UHGV virus genome: UHGV-1483427
Length of the DNA stretch: 26,524 bases
Direction: 5' to 3' (one strand)
Source: a virus
Of this stretch, positions 9,662 through 20,044 are shown one piece after another. The notes under the pieces were generated by a model that was not told where the DNA came from, made no database searches, and saw nothing but the letters and a program-made list of their open reading frames with translations. Each line of letters starts with the position of its first letter. Within the stretch, counting starts at the first letter, position 1. The position numbers and the translations under genes were made by a program.

Positions 9662-10354
9662 TTAAAACAACGATCCAAGCAGGCCAAGTCCGCCGCCAAT
9701 TGCCGCACCTAATCCAGTGCCAAGTCCTGGAACAATAGAGCCAAGAGCAGCGCCAGACATAGCCCCTGAAGCTCCGCCGCTAATTGCTGTCTGAAGACCT
9801 GATGGTTTATTGGCATTAGCAGCGGCAAGAGCCGCACTTTGCTGCGAAATCTGACTCATGTTGTTGGCATATGTCTGCCCGGCGTTTGCCTGACCTTGCA
9901 GTGCGCCAAGACCAATATTTGCCAGATTCTGGTAGTTGTTCATCTGACCAGACAGCCACTGCTGACCAAGAGTTGGTGCGATTGTTGCTAACTGATTACC
10001 GGTTGCAGTGGAACCCAATCCACCTGTTGCTTCCGCTGCAGCCAGACTCTGATAGCGAGCCTGACCAGCAAGATCTTTGTACTGCTGAGAGTTGTAATAC
10101 TGGTTAAGTGCCTGGCCTTGCCCCTGAAGAGAGGAAAGATTCTGCAATTGTGATACGTACTGCTGAGCGAGTGGCGTGAACGGAGCAAGGTTTTTCATGA
10201 TCGTCTGCCACTGCTGATTCTGCAGGTCTGCGGCATACTTCTGAGTTTCTGCTGCATACTTTGCGCTTTTATCGGAGCCACCTTTCCCGCCTTTTTCAGG
10301 GCACCAAGGTTCCTCGCCGCGCAGTTTTCTGCCCAGCTTAAATGCATATAACAT
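9662..10354 (-). CDS. DNA ejection/injection protein (P22 gp7-like position)
   Basis: 230 aa, Gln/Gly/Ala-rich with a Gly-rich hydrophobic C-terminus. Position and size match P22 gp7. Confidence 0.65.
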   Translation of the reverse strand: MLYAFKLGRKLRGEEPWCPEKGGKGGSDKSAKYAAETQKYAADLQNQQWQTIMKNLAPFTPLAQQYVSQLQNLSSLQGQGQALNQYYNSQQYKDLAGQARYQSLAAAEATGGLGSTATGNQLATIAPTLGQQWLSGQMNNYQNLANIGLGALQGQANAGQTYANNMSQISQQSAALAAANANKPSGLQTAISGGASGAMSGAALGSIVPGLGTGLGAAIGGGLGLLGSLF

Positions 10355-10356
10355 GG

Positions 10357-10812
10357 CTATCTCCCGTGATTCAGGAAGTCGATTAGTTCTTCGCGTGTGG
10401 CGCTGTAAAAAGTCACGTCATCCACGCCTTTGAAGTATTTCTTGATGGTTCCTACACGCTTAAGGCCAATCATTGCGCAATACATCTGCCCGTGGCGGAA
10501 TTTGCGTGCGGCGAACGATGTGACGCACTGAACGGTGGTGTTAGTCAGAATGTATCGCCAGAACGCCAGTCCGATTTCCTTGCTGAATCCACGAACCTCT
10601 GGCAGGTACATGGCGTGGCAATCGAATGTAAGCGGCTGAATCTCCTGATAGTAAACAATGCCGCCGAACTGCCCGTGCACGTTCACCTCAAAGTAACGGC
10701 AATCAGGTTTGTAGTCGTATCCATCACCGTTGTTGCTCCCGGCAATAATGTCATGGTGATTTCCGACTGCTTCGATCAGGTCGATGTTTCGCGTTGGTTT
10801 GAACTGAATCAT
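10357..10812 (-). CDS. Head assembly / DNA-stabilisation protein (P22 gp14-like position)
   Basis: 151-aa ORF between the tail needle and first ejection protein, translationally coupled to neighbours. Assignment by synteny only. Confidence 0.5.
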   Translation of the reverse strand: MIQFKPTRNIDLIEAVGNHHDIIAGSNNGDGYDYKPDCRYFEVNVHGQFGGIVYYQEIQPLTFDCHAMYLPEVRGFSKEIGLAFWRYILTNTTVQCVTSFAARKFRHGQMYCAMIGLKRVGTIKKYFKGVDDVTFYSATREELIDFLNHGR

Positions 10813-11660
10813 TACTGCTCCGCGATTATCTTGATGGTTGTAGCAGTAAACGCCGCACCATTTGACTGAATGGTTAACGCGCTGCCATTTGTGGCAAGAA
10901 ATCCGTCTTTATCCACGCTGAAGAACGTAGCTAACAGGATGTTATCGGTTGTTGTCGCCGAGTTGCGACTGCTTACCAGCGTGTCAGGAACAGCGCCGGA
11001 AAAGGTTAGCTGCATTGACCTGTTGGCGGTTCCGCTGGGCCACGTCCCGACAATCGACAGCTTGAAGAACAGGGTTTTGTTCTCGTTGAACACAACCATC
11101 TTGTTGTTAACGGTGTCGAAGAATGGTGTCAACGAGCCGGATGACGGCGTGAGCGTTTTCAGCAGGCTAACAAGGTTGGTCGGCGCTGTCGGGATGGTTA
11201 CTGATACGCCAGAGTAAACAACCTCTGACTTCTTGCGAGTAGTGGCATACTCCAGAGCATCGATGCGCGTTTCATGTTCTGAAACCTGCGATTCCAGCGA
11301 CTGAACTCTGGTATCAAGCGACGCAATATCGCTTTCATTCTGAGCGATTCGCGTTTCATGTTCCTGAAGAGTTGATTCTGCCTGGCTGATTCGCTCCTCA
11401 TGATTAACAAGCGTTGCTTCCGCAGCAGAAATTCGCTGCTCATGGTCAGCGAGAATCACATCCTGCTCATCGTTCCTGACTTGTGCATCATAAGCGCCCT
11501 GTCCGGCCTCGTTGGCCTTGTTAGCCACGTTACCAACATCAGTACCCTGTGCAATAACGTACAGCAGATATGACTGCGAGAAGATATTGCGTGGAAGGAT
11601 TGATGTATCGAGCCGCGTAGCTTGGATGATTACCGGCACATTGAGATTCGAATCCGCCAT
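10812..11660 (-). CDS. Tail needle protein (P22 gp26-like N-terminus and coiled coil, with C-terminal knob domain as in Sf6-type needles)
   Basis: N-terminus [43 protein letters not shown] matches my recollection of P22 gp26; heptad-repeat coiled coil ([33 protein letters not shown]...); extra ~90-aa C-terminal beta-rich domain. 282 aa. Confidence 0.85.
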   Translation of the reverse strand: MADSNLNVPVIIQATRLDTSILPRNIFSQSYLLYVIAQGTDVGNVANKANEAGQGAYDAQVRNDEQDVILADHEQRISAAEATLVNHEERISQAESTLQEHETRIAQNESDIASLDTRVQSLESQVSEHETRIDALEYATTRKKSEVVYSGVSVTIPTAPTNLVSLLKTLTPSSGSLTPFFDTVNNKMVVFNENKTLFFKLSIVGTWPSGTANRSMQLTFSGAVPDTLVSSRNSATTTDNILLATFFSVDKDGFLATNGSALTIQSNGAAFTATTIKIIAEQ

Positions 11661-13078
11661 TACTCAATCCTTATCTGGCAGCCAGACAGAGTGACAGGTG
11701 ACTTCGTGATAACGCGCAATTTGAAGCCAACATTTTTCCTGATTCGCCCGACACGCTTCCACAAAACGCGTTTGTCGTAAACGAACGGTTCATTTTGCTC
11801 AATCATCTGCTCACGCCCGTAATTGATGCCGTCAGTAGTTGCAGAGAGGAACAGGCGGTCAGCATACTGCGCAACGCCAGTTGAAGATTCAACTTCAAGG
11901 TCGAAAACTCTGGCGTTATCCGCTTTGAACAACGGAGTAAACAGCAGGTGTTCCTGTTGCTTTTCGTACTGGCTGCTGATATCGAATTGCAATTTCCCGG
12001 TCACGGACTCCAGCTTATCGCCGCACGTTATCTGATTGCCTTCGTAAATGAAGTCGATAGCGCGGTACACATCGTCATACAGGCCTGTTTTCAGTACACA
12101 CCATTGCGGACCATTGGCGCTTGAAGATGCGTCGTACACGAGAACATGGCGCGGAAGATGGATAATCAGCAGCTCATGCGCATCAAATCGCAGAGACTCC
12201 ATCACACCATCAGCCAGTTCATCAGCAGTGTAGGAGCGGAGAATTTTCTCAATGCTCGCGCTGGCGATTGGTGATACCTGACCGGATCCGATGATGTACA
12301 CAGACGGCGCACCTGTTGCCGGATTGCTGATGAACGCATAAGAATCAGCGAATGGCGTTTTACAGTAAGTCCCGGCAATGCCTTTCTGCACCATCAGTGA
12401 TGGCTGTGCGACATACAAAGCAGCACCAACAGTGGTTGCACCAGTCAGGGAAAAATATTCAATCGTCGATGAACCAAAGCAGACGATGAAGTCTCGCCAT
12501 GTTCCGATGCCGATGATGCCGTCAGGCTGAGACTCTGCGCGATATTGTGCGCTGTAACGGTCAGGATGAGATTCGTCTTCAAGGTCAGTGATAAACCATG
12601 AATCAGTACCGTCTTTTGACCACGCATAACGCCCACGTAAGCGCGTAATATCGCGGACTGAGCCTAACTCATACTGCGTGAATCCGCTGTCTGTAGGCCA
12701 GTTTGAGACGGTTTTAACCGTGCCATCATAGCGATACTCGACCAGTTGACCATTAACGCCTACCGCCTGTGATGTCCGACCATGCGCCATTGATACACGA
12801 CCACTTCCGGCAACATCACCGACTTCACTTTCTCCTTTGTACAGCTTGCCGCCACACACGCGATAAACAGCACTCTGCGCCATGTTGTACTCGACGCCGC
12901 GAGATACGCCGTTCACATCAGAGCGTTTGGCAATGCCCGGGAATGAGCGAAGATATCCGCTGCTGTTCAGGATTTCTTTGGGTGTAGCCAGCATATTCAC
13001 TGGCAGATAGTCGATATAGTCGGCGTTTCGGAAGTCTTTGCCGACACCTTTCATAAGCGGAAGTTGCTGAATAGGCAT
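11660..13078 (-). CDS. Tail accessory / head-completion protein (P22 gp10-like position)
   Basis: 472 aa, matching P22 gp10 size and position between gp4-like and needle. Confidence 0.7.
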   Translation of the reverse strand: MPIQQLPLMKGVGKDFRNADYIDYLPVNMLATPKEILNSSGYLRSFPGIAKRSDVNGVSRGVEYNMAQSAVYRVCGGKLYKGESEVGDVAGSGRVSMAHGRTSQAVGVNGQLVEYRYDGTVKTVSNWPTDSGFTQYELGSVRDITRLRGRYAWSKDGTDSWFITDLEDESHPDRYSAQYRAESQPDGIIGIGTWRDFIVCFGSSTIEYFSLTGATTVGAALYVAQPSLMVQKGIAGTYCKTPFADSYAFISNPATGAPSVYIIGSGQVSPIASASIEKILRSYTADELADGVMESLRFDAHELLIIHLPRHVLVYDASSSANGPQWCVLKTGLYDDVYRAIDFIYEGNQITCGDKLESVTGKLQFDISSQYEKQQEHLLFTPLFKADNARVFDLEVESSTGVAQYADRLFLSATTDGINYGREQMIEQNEPFVYDKRVLWKRVGRIRKNVGFKLRVITKSPVTLSGCQIRIE

Positions 13079-13086
13079 TTATTCAC

Positions 13087-13569
13087 CTATGCGTTTGGGA
13101 TATCGCCATCAATCAGAGGGAGATCGCCTGGATAATATCGGTCAGATGTGAACACGTCATATTTATTACCCAGTCCTACAGGAAAATCTCCACGTCGTCG
13201 CATTGAAGGAACAACCAGAGTGTCGGTCATCAAGGCATCATATGAGCGTTGGGCGTTACTGAGAACTTGCGGAGTTGGCTCAAGGCTGTAATCAGATAGC
13301 ATTCTCAGCAATAACTGATAGCCTACTGCGTGTTTGTATTTTCTTGGAAGACCTGACTCATCATCTGGTAATGGCTGCTCATCTCCAGTTGCGAAAGCGT
13401 AACCAATGTCGCCGGGGTTAATCATCCACTCGGACATCATATCTTCCAGATCATTTACACCATCTTCAATTGATTGCGGCTCAACATCAGTCAGCGATGC
13501 ATTAGAAGCAATAGCAAACTTACGAAGCGCAAAAAGGACGATCTCACCCTTTGTCAGTACTGTTGCCAT
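13087..13569 (-). CDS. Tail accessory / head-completion protein (P22 gp4-like position)
   Basis: 160 aa, immediately downstream of the coat region in the P22 order 5-(small orf)-4-10-26. Confidence 0.65.
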   Translation of the reverse strand: MATVLTKGEIVLFALRKFAIASNASLTDVEPQSIEDGVNDLEDMMSEWMINPGDIGYAFATGDEQPLPDDESGLPRKYKHAVGYQLLLRMLSDYSLEPTPQVLSNAQRSYDALMTDTLVVPSMRRRGDFPVGLGNKYDVFTSDRYYPGDLPLIDGDIPNA

Positions 13570-13729
13570 TGTCTGCCGCCTTACGACCTCGCTTACTGGT
13601 CGGTTTCAATTCATCAACTGAGGCAACAAAGCCCAACTTTTCGAAAAACTGGAAGTCTTTTTCTGCGATAACGGCCTGTACATGCCCGGATTCGTTATCT
13701 GCGGCAAGGAATACACTCATGCGATCCAT
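13544..13729 (-). CDS. Small hypothetical protein between coat and gp4-like genes
   Basis: 61 aa; RBS aaggaaaca before ATG 13729; same strand as the operon; P22-like phages carry a small ORF at this position. Confidence 0.5.
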   Translation of the reverse strand: MDRMSVFLAADNESGHVQAVIAEKDFQFFEKLGFVASVDELKPTSKRGRKAADNGNSTDKG

Positions 13730-13740
13730 ATTGTTTCCTT

Positions 13741-13766
13741 AAAACATAAAAGGGGCGTAAGCCCCT
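13741..13766 (-). terminator. Intrinsic terminator/attenuator immediately 3' of the coat gene
   Basis: On the minus strand: aggggc-ttac-gcccct hairpin followed by ttttatgtttt, directly after the coat stop codon. Confidence 0.55.
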
Positions 13767-13771
13767 TGTTA

Positions 13772-15043
13772 TTACGGATTACCGAAGAACTGACCGCCCA
13801 TGTGAGGGTTAAAGCACACATATGCAGGCAGTAAGTCGAAGCGCATTTTTTGCACGTTGGCATCGCCATCTGCGTATTTATGTACGCGGATGGAGAAACC
13901 TTCATATGTTGCAACAGCAGAATCAATACTGTGCAGTTTCGGCAGTGGGATAGAGCCAAGTCCACAGAAGAACTTGTTATAGAACAGGTTTGGCTTCATT
14001 GTCTGGCTAGCAGTGCCTACTACAGATACGGCATCGCCTGCCGCTACATGACGACTTACAGAGTTGTACTGCGGGTTTGTAGTGTCATAAATCGGAACAC
14101 CAGAAAGCGTAACCGTCACATCGCCACTGCCGTCTGAATCAGCATCAGCAGTAACCGTTGCAGTGAAGCTAATTGGTGTGGCTCCGTTATACAACGCCTG
14201 TTTGGTCTGCTGTTGCAGCCAGTAGGTATTGGTGAATTTAACCTGATCACCAGCTTTCAGGAAACCTGTAACGCTGGTTGTCGCTCCGGTCAATGTTACA
14301 GTGAACTGGTATGAGTCTTTAACTGCGTTATAGGTAACAGTTGGCTGTGTTTTGACTGTCAGTGTTCCGCCAAATGCCCCCTGCGTACGAGAGGCAAGCC
14401 CATTAGACATCAGTGCGCGAATGCCGCCAAAATTGGTTGGGATCTGTGCATTCTCCCATGCAGTACGAACCAATTGATCTGAAGCGTGCAAACCAGTCTG
14501 CGCATCAGCAAGTCGCTGTGCAGACCATGGATCCATTACAGCATAGTTTTCACCTTCATTAACGCCGAGGTCTTTCAGGAAAGATGCCGTCTGCGCAACA
14601 TCAGACCATTTGGTGATTGGAGTATTGGGGCTACCAAGTGACAACGCACCGTTATTCATCATGAAGTGAGCAAGCTCTGTTTCAAGGTCGGTAACGATTC
14701 GCTGGCGAACCGGCGCGAGAATTTCTTCCAGTTGGTTAAGCTTGATCGCTTCCTCCAGTTGCTGATATTCAACAGCAACAGTGATGTAGTTACCTACACG
14801 CCCCGTAGCTTTACCTGAGATCAGGTTGTTTTTATTTTGCCCTGAAATATCACCAGTGGGAGTACGGAGGGATGAGAATTGATGCGGACGTTTAAAGCTA
14901 ACGCTATCGCCAGTGCTGGAGTTGATTTCACCTGCCAGCAACTGACGGTCTACGGTTTTCGCCAGAACTAAATCTGACATAAAACCCGGAAGGAATTTTT
15001 TCAGAACGATTTGACTGACGTTACTGTCGAGATTGTTAGGCAT
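13772..15043 (-). CDS. Major capsid (coat) protein, P22/Sf6 gp5-like
   Basis: 423 aa; position after scaffold and before head-completion genes; 3' terminator. Confidence 0.85.
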   Translation of the reverse strand: MPNNLDSNVSQIVLKKFLPGFMSDLVLAKTVDRQLLAGEINSSTGDSVSFKRPHQFSSLRTPTGDISGQNKNNLISGKATGRVGNYITVAVEYQQLEEAIKLNQLEEILAPVRQRIVTDLETELAHFMMNNGALSLGSPNTPITKWSDVAQTASFLKDLGVNEGENYAVMDPWSAQRLADAQTGLHASDQLVRTAWENAQIPTNFGGIRALMSNGLASRTQGAFGGTLTVKTQPTVTYNAVKDSYQFTVTLTGATTSVTGFLKAGDQVKFTNTYWLQQQTKQALYNGATPISFTATVTADADSDGSGDVTVTLSGVPIYDTTNPQYNSVSRHVAAGDAVSVVGTASQTMKPNLFYNKFFCGLGSIPLPKLHSIDSAVATYEGFSIRVHKYADGDANVQKMRFDLLPAYVCFNPHMGGQFFGNP

Positions 15044-15054
15044 TTATCTTTTCC

Positions 15055-15939
15055 TTATTCGATTTTTGCGCCGGGGCATAATTTGTTGAATTCGTCTTGT
15101 TTCGCATCAGCACCGCCACCACGTACTTCCGGCTCTGGCTTGATGGCTTTCTTTGGTTTTGGAGCAAGGCTTACCTGTTTGCTAATCTGCCCCAAGAGGA
15201 ATGCTGCGCGAATTGGATCTGTCTCAGCGGCTACACGCTGGCGTAATTGCTGGCTCTTACCTAAGCCATAGGCGAGTAGTTCAGAGCCTTCGTCTGCACA
15301 GTGAATGATGATTTCCTGCTGAATTGGTGGTAGCTCACTAAGAACAATGGCCTCCATTTCCTGATAATCTTTCACAGGAAGTTTGGCTGCCCGTTGTTTA
15401 TGCGCTTCTACCCTTTGCTGGAAACGCTGTTGGTATTCCTGTTGCTGACGTAGTTTTTGTTGCTGCTGCTGTTCGACACGGCCTTTTTTCTCATGCCAAT
15501 CAGTCAATGCCTGTTCAAACGCCTGTTCGTCATAATCACACGACTCAAGAGTCGGTTTTGGTGGAATAGCGTCTAGTTGTGGTTGCTGATGTTCCGCAGG
15601 CTTGGCTAATGCTTCCTCAAGCTGGCGGCGCAACTCACGGTTTTCTTTCTGTGTTTCTTTGAAGCCTTTGCGAAGATCTTTCACCCATTGCGGTGCAGGT
15701 TGCCCGTCAATGTGATCATCATCGTCAGCGTTAAGCTGAATTTCTTCATCACCAATACGCAAGGCGTAATCTTCTGGTGTCTCTTCGGTTTTTTCAGGAT
15801 CAGTTGCCATCTCTTTTCCGTTGTCATCCTGGCTTTTATTCTCAGGCTGTGACTCTGTTTGGATGATGGTTTCTTCTGCATTTTCCTGTGTTTCAGACAG
15901 GTCAATAACCTGACCGTCGATGATCAGTTCGTTTTCCAT
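15055..15939 (-). CDS. Scaffolding protein (P22 gp8-like)
   Basis: 294 aa, highly acidic and Gln/Glu-rich with predicted coiled coils; between portal and coat. Confidence 0.75.
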   Translation of the reverse strand: MENELIIDGQVIDLSETQENAEETIIQTESQPENKSQDDNGKEMATDPEKTEETPEDYALRIGDEEIQLNADDDDHIDGQPAPQWVKDLRKGFKETQKENRELRRQLEEALAKPAEHQQPQLDAIPPKPTLESCDYDEQAFEQALTDWHEKKGRVEQQQQQKLRQQQEYQQRFQQRVEAHKQRAAKLPVKDYQEMEAIVLSELPPIQQEIIIHCADEGSELLAYGLGKSQQLRQRVAAETDPIRAAFLLGQISKQVSLAPKPKKAIKPEPEVRGGGADAKQDEFNKLCPGAKIE

Positions 15940-15952
15940 TGATTACTCCTGG

Positions 15953-18088
15953 TTAACTCGGCATTAAGTCTGCCGGTGACTGTGGTGGTGACTGGAATTG
16001 CTGTTGTTGTGACTCGGCGACATCTTTCAGAAGGCGTATTGCCTCCATCACTGCTTTGTCATCGATGTTTCTGGCTTGAGCCAGTTTATAGACAGTGTTT
16101 GCCTGACTCTCCATCGCATCCTGCTGGGCAGTAAATGCTTTGATTTGAGTTTGAGCAGTTTCGTTAGTTGCTTTTTGCGCTTCTGCCTGCGCTGCTACCA
16201 TTTGCGCCTGAGCGAGAACCATTTCAGGATTTGGCTGGCTTTGTGCTGCCATTTGCGCCTGTTGAACAATCTGCTGCTCTTTCTCATTGCGTGGTTTTGC
16301 AATACCAGATATCAGCAGTTGGTTTCGGTTGTACTCTTTGAAGTCATCAAGGCCTTCGCCATCGATATTGTCCAGAATAATACCCTGAATTGCCGGGCGC
16401 ATTGGGTCTGTTGGAAGCATAGAGCTAAGGACATTTGTCAGTACAGAAACCGTTGCATCACGTCGTGCTGTGTAGCTTGGTCCAACATCAACCGTCACAT
16501 CGTATCGACCGACAGAAAGGTCATTTAACGCAACAACAGCCCCTGTTTGCCTGTCAACAACCTGTGCGCTCAGGACAGCGATATCATCACTTCCATCTTC
16601 GTTAACGATGCGCACTTCACGTTCTGAACCGTACACTTCACGCGCCATTGACAGCCATACTTCACCAGCGCGTTTAAGACTTTTCGCCATATTGTCCAGA
16701 TAGATAAACGAAGCCATATCTGCTCTGTTCATCAAGTTGTTAACCGTTTCCTGAGCAATATTACTTGGCATCTGCTGCATAGCCTGACTGCCGCCTGTAA
16801 CCTCCTGAATATCTGCACTGGTTTGCTGTAGTAATGCAGCCAATGCCTGATTCATAACCGCAGGCTGTGTATATCCTGCCGGGGTAGCTCCAGCGATAAT
16901 GTTGCCAGATTTATCTCTCACTTCGCGCAACGGCAAGAATGCTGGGCGTTTCTTGTTGCGAGCCTCCCAGTGCTTCTCAAGTCCACGAATTTGCTCCATG
17001 CCAACTATAGGGATCTGACCGGGGTCTTGCGCTGCAGTATCAGCCAGCATTGAAACCTGAAGGTTGTACAAACGCTGTGGATCCATTGCTTTTGCAATGT
17101 GCCCTTCGACACGCTCAATGTCATCAATGAACCAGCGTTTTCCATAAACCGGGATGAGGGGGATATGCTCACCAGGAATACGTCGAGGTTTCTCAAGGAA
17201 ACCATCACCATCCACTACGGATACATACACACGACGGCGCTTCACTGAGCGCCTTGCCACTTCCTGAAATCCAGCTATTGCCAGTTCATCTTCAATATCT
17301 TCAACCTGATCACTGTCGTATGTTGCAATCTCTCCAGTGATTGGATGTCGATAACTGATAACGTCAACAGACTCTTTACGAACTTCGTAATACTTCGCTA
17401 TGTAAATAACATCTGCATCAAACCAGTCATATTCCCAACTGGTCATAGACGTTACGTCCAGAGAAGCAGGAGGTTTCTTTCCGTATTCAGCCTCATATTT
17501 TTCAGGTGACAACGAATACATGCAGAACGCCCACAACGCGTCAGATTTGTCGTACTTCTTAGCGTCAGGGTCAAACCACACAGAGCGCGACGGGTCGTAT
17601 ATTGGTTCAATAGCAATACGCTGACGATCGTCCATGGGGTCGTATTCATTGACCAGCATCGACGTCAAACGGAAGCAACCGAAACCACCAGTAGCAGCGT
17701 CGTCAAATGCATTATCGCAAGCCTCACCGCCATCAGTTTCTTCGTAGTCAGCACGGAACAGACCATTTAATTTATTGGCTAACTCTTCGCTTGCCTCTCT
17801 GTCACCAGGACGAAACTTAACGGTGATTCTGTTATTGCGGTATTCTGCAATGATGCGGTTAAGTTCAGTTGCTACCTTATTGATTTCAAACTTAGGATAC
17901 TTCTCGAACTGCTCATCAAGCTTAGTTCCAGCCGCCGTTGCTCCTTCCCATTGACCTCCGGGGACACGAGCAAACCTCGTAGCTTCAATGCACTTTTCGC
18001 GCACTTCCTGCTGTGGAGAATAGGCGCGGTCAAACCTGAGCATGATCCGCTCATGTTTTTTCTCTAATGTCTCTGCCATGTTTACCAA
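15953..18088 (-). CDS. Portal protein (P22 gp1 / Sf6 gp3-like)
   Basis: 711 aa; directly downstream of TerL with a 7-nt overlap; long helical Gln/Ala-rich C-terminal barrel segment typical of P22-like portals. Confidence 0.9.
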   Translation of the reverse strand: MVNMAETLEKKHERIMLRFDRAYSPQQEVREKCIEATRFARVPGGQWEGATAAGTKLDEQFEKYPKFEINKVATELNRIIAEYRNNRITVKFRPGDREASEELANKLNGLFRADYEETDGGEACDNAFDDAATGGFGCFRLTSMLVNEYDPMDDRQRIAIEPIYDPSRSVWFDPDAKKYDKSDALWAFCMYSLSPEKYEAEYGKKPPASLDVTSMTSWEYDWFDADVIYIAKYYEVRKESVDVISYRHPITGEIATYDSDQVEDIEDELAIAGFQEVARRSVKRRRVYVSVVDGDGFLEKPRRIPGEHIPLIPVYGKRWFIDDIERVEGHIAKAMDPQRLYNLQVSMLADTAAQDPGQIPIVGMEQIRGLEKHWEARNKKRPAFLPLREVRDKSGNIIAGATPAGYTQPAVMNQALAALLQQTSADIQEVTGGSQAMQQMPSNIAQETVNNLMNRADMASFIYLDNMAKSLKRAGEVWLSMAREVYGSEREVRIVNEDGSDDIAVLSAQVVDRQTGAVVALNDLSVGRYDVTVDVGPSYTARRDATVSVLTNVLSSMLPTDPMRPAIQGIILDNIDGEGLDDFKEYNRNQLLISGIAKPRNEKEQQIVQQAQMAAQSQPNPEMVLAQAQMVAAQAEAQKATNETAQTQIKAFTAQQDAMESQANTVYKLAQARNIDDKAVMEAIRLLKDVAESQQQQFQSPPQSPADLMPS

Positions 18089-19494
18089 CCGGAGGATGAG
18101 GGAACGTATATTTCAGTTTCTTCACGGTCCAATGCCGGGCAATGCATACACATCATCAGCGCATCAGCCAGGTTAGGAGATGGAATACCGAGCTTCTGCT
18201 TCATTTCGACCTTAGTCATTAGCTCCAGCTTCCCGTTGTTATTGAATTTGCGCTGAATCTGCGTCAGTTCTGCAAACAGCTTCTCCAGCATATTCTCGCC
18301 TATTGCTTCTTTGTCGAAACTCAGCATGTCGTCGGGGTCTGCATACTCACCGTAGACAACCGCCCGATATGTCAGATACAGCCTGTCAGCCAGCGCGTAA
18401 TAGAATTGCGCTCGCTTATTGCGGAATACATCACCAATAGTGCGAACGTTGTCGCCCTGTACGACTTCATCAGCCCATGCTCCGGCTTGATACGGTGCAT
18501 CTTCATTGAATGGCGATTCGCTGCCCTTGAACATCGTGGCGGTGATTTTCTTGCCGGAGAACGCTTCCGTTGTCTGTCTGCGTAGCCCGGCACCAACACC
18601 ATCACCATCCCACAGGTAATGGTCAGCGCCGTCTTCAATCGCCAGCGAAGTAGCCCAGTCAGCGCCCTCGTTGATGTCCATCAGCAGACCTTCGGCAATG
18701 CGATTAACTACCGAACCGTGACGCGATGCATAACCTTTAGCATCTGGCCCTGTATCTGACGGGTCATGCGCAGAAACAACAGCGCCTTTCGCTTTCCATC
18801 CGAGTTTCTTGTGCGCATCGGTTGCGGCTTCAAGCCATTCACGTTTGATGATTGCCATATCACTTGCGCTTACTGGCTCACCAAGCCAGATGTGACGATA
18901 CAGTGTCGGATTTCTGCGTTTACACTCTTCCATCTCCAGACGGAGAACTTCAGGAAAGTGCGGGTTGTCGGTGTAGTTCACCGTCAGCAGACAAATATCA
19001 TCGGGAGGATTTACGACGAATCGCTGATAGGTATCGTCGAGTATGTTTTTCGGGTTAAAGCTCACCCATATTTCGGAAAACGGCTTGCGGATGGTTGGTA
19101 TCAGGATATCCCATGATTCCTTCGTTACCGCTTCCGCTTCTTCCACCCAGCAGATATCAATGCCTTCGAGCGATTTAATCTTCGTCGGGTTGTTTTTTAT
19201 GCCGTAGAACATGAATTCAGCATTCGTTCCGAGATGACGGATCATTGAACGCTGAATTTCAAACTCAGCCGAATACCCTTCACGCTCGATGGTATCTTCA
19301 AGCAACCGGATTACCGAATCGCTGATACTGTTTTGCAGTTCACGAGCGCAGAGAATACGCACTGGCTGACGACGCGCCGCTTCAACAAGCAGCCTCGCAA
19401 TTGCCCATGATTTGCCGCTACCTCGACCGCCTTTGGCGACTTTGTAGCGATGCGCCTCAATGAACGGTTCAAAGATAGGATTAATCGAGGTCAT
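18082..19494 (-). CDS. Terminase large subunit
   Basis: 470 aa; Walker A KGGRGSGKS near the N-terminus, C-terminal nuclease-like region; overlaps the TerS stop by 4 nt. Confidence 0.9.
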   Translation of the reverse strand: MTSINPIFEPFIEAHRYKVAKGGRGSGKSWAIARLLVEAARRQPVRILCARELQNSISDSVIRLLEDTIEREGYSAEFEIQRSMIRHLGTNAEFMFYGIKNNPTKIKSLEGIDICWVEEAEAVTKESWDILIPTIRKPFSEIWVSFNPKNILDDTYQRFVVNPPDDICLLTVNYTDNPHFPEVLRLEMEECKRRNPTLYRHIWLGEPVSASDMAIIKREWLEAATDAHKKLGWKAKGAVVSAHDPSDTGPDAKGYASRHGSVVNRIAEGLLMDINEGADWATSLAIEDGADHYLWDGDGVGAGLRRQTTEAFSGKKITATMFKGSESPFNEDAPYQAGAWADEVVQGDNVRTIGDVFRNKRAQFYYALADRLYLTYRAVVYGEYADPDDMLSFDKEAIGENMLEKLFAELTQIQRKFNNNGKLELMTKVEMKQKLGIPSPNLADALMMCMHCPALDREETEIYVPSSSGW

Positions 19495-20018
19495 TTTCCG
19501 AATAGAGTGCTCATCGGTGATGTTTCAATCTGTATTGCGCCGCCGTCTTTACCGGTTAGCTCGTGAGAAGCTTGTTCTTTAAATGCCTGAACGGAAACAT
19601 GCTTACCAAGAAGTTCGAGGTTTTTGACCTTATCAGGCCATTTGATTTTCTTCAGAAGTGCGGCACTATCTGCGGATACCATCTCCACGACATCCATTCC
19701 TGATAGCGTTGTGCGCCATACCTTAGGCCAGTCTTTAATGGGCTTTAACTCACCGTTTTGCAGGAGAATGTCGAGCACATCCATCTGGTCGATTTCAATA
19801 AGGCGGTTAAGTACATATTCTGCATTAATACCAACAAGATCATTGCGTTGCGCTTTCAGTTCGGAGATTCTTAACTTGATGTCAGGTTTTGACAGGTTTT
19901 CGGATGCGGTACGGTTAGCTGTCTTTGCGCTGTACCCCGCCCGAATAGCCGCTTGCGTGGCGTTTAAATCGATGAGGTACTCGCGACAGAACATTTCTTG
20001 CTTGTCAGTGAGTGCCAT
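19491..20018 (-). CDS. Terminase small subunit
   Basis: 175 aa; N-terminus MALTDKQEMFCREYLIDLNATQAAIRAGYS typical of the Terminase_2-type HTH small subunit; immediately upstream of TerL. Confidence 0.8.
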   Translation of the reverse strand: MALTDKQEMFCREYLIDLNATQAAIRAGYSAKTANRTASENLSKPDIKLRISELKAQRNDLVGINAEYVLNRLIEIDQMDVLDILLQNGELKPIKDWPKVWRTTLSGMDVVEMVSADSAALLKKIKWPDKVKNLELLGKHVSVQAFKEQASHELTGKDGGAIQIETSPMSTLFGK

Positions 20019-20044
20019 GTTTTCTCTTATGAAGGTGATTAGTT

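Noticed and set aside
9871-11217. Plus-strand ORFs (78, 125 and 115 aa) antisense to gp7-like, gp14-like and tail-needle genes
   Set aside because: Entirely embedded antisense within the tightly packed minus-strand structural operon; no RBS or terminators; rejected as spurious.
16076-16528. Plus-strand 150-aa ORF antisense to the portal gene
   Set aside because: Leu/Cys-rich low-complexity translation fully inside the portal CDS; no independent support.
18766-19116. Plus-strand ORFs (116 and 68 aa) antisense to TerL
   Set aside because: Embedded antisense in a CDS with a clear Walker A; no expression signals.
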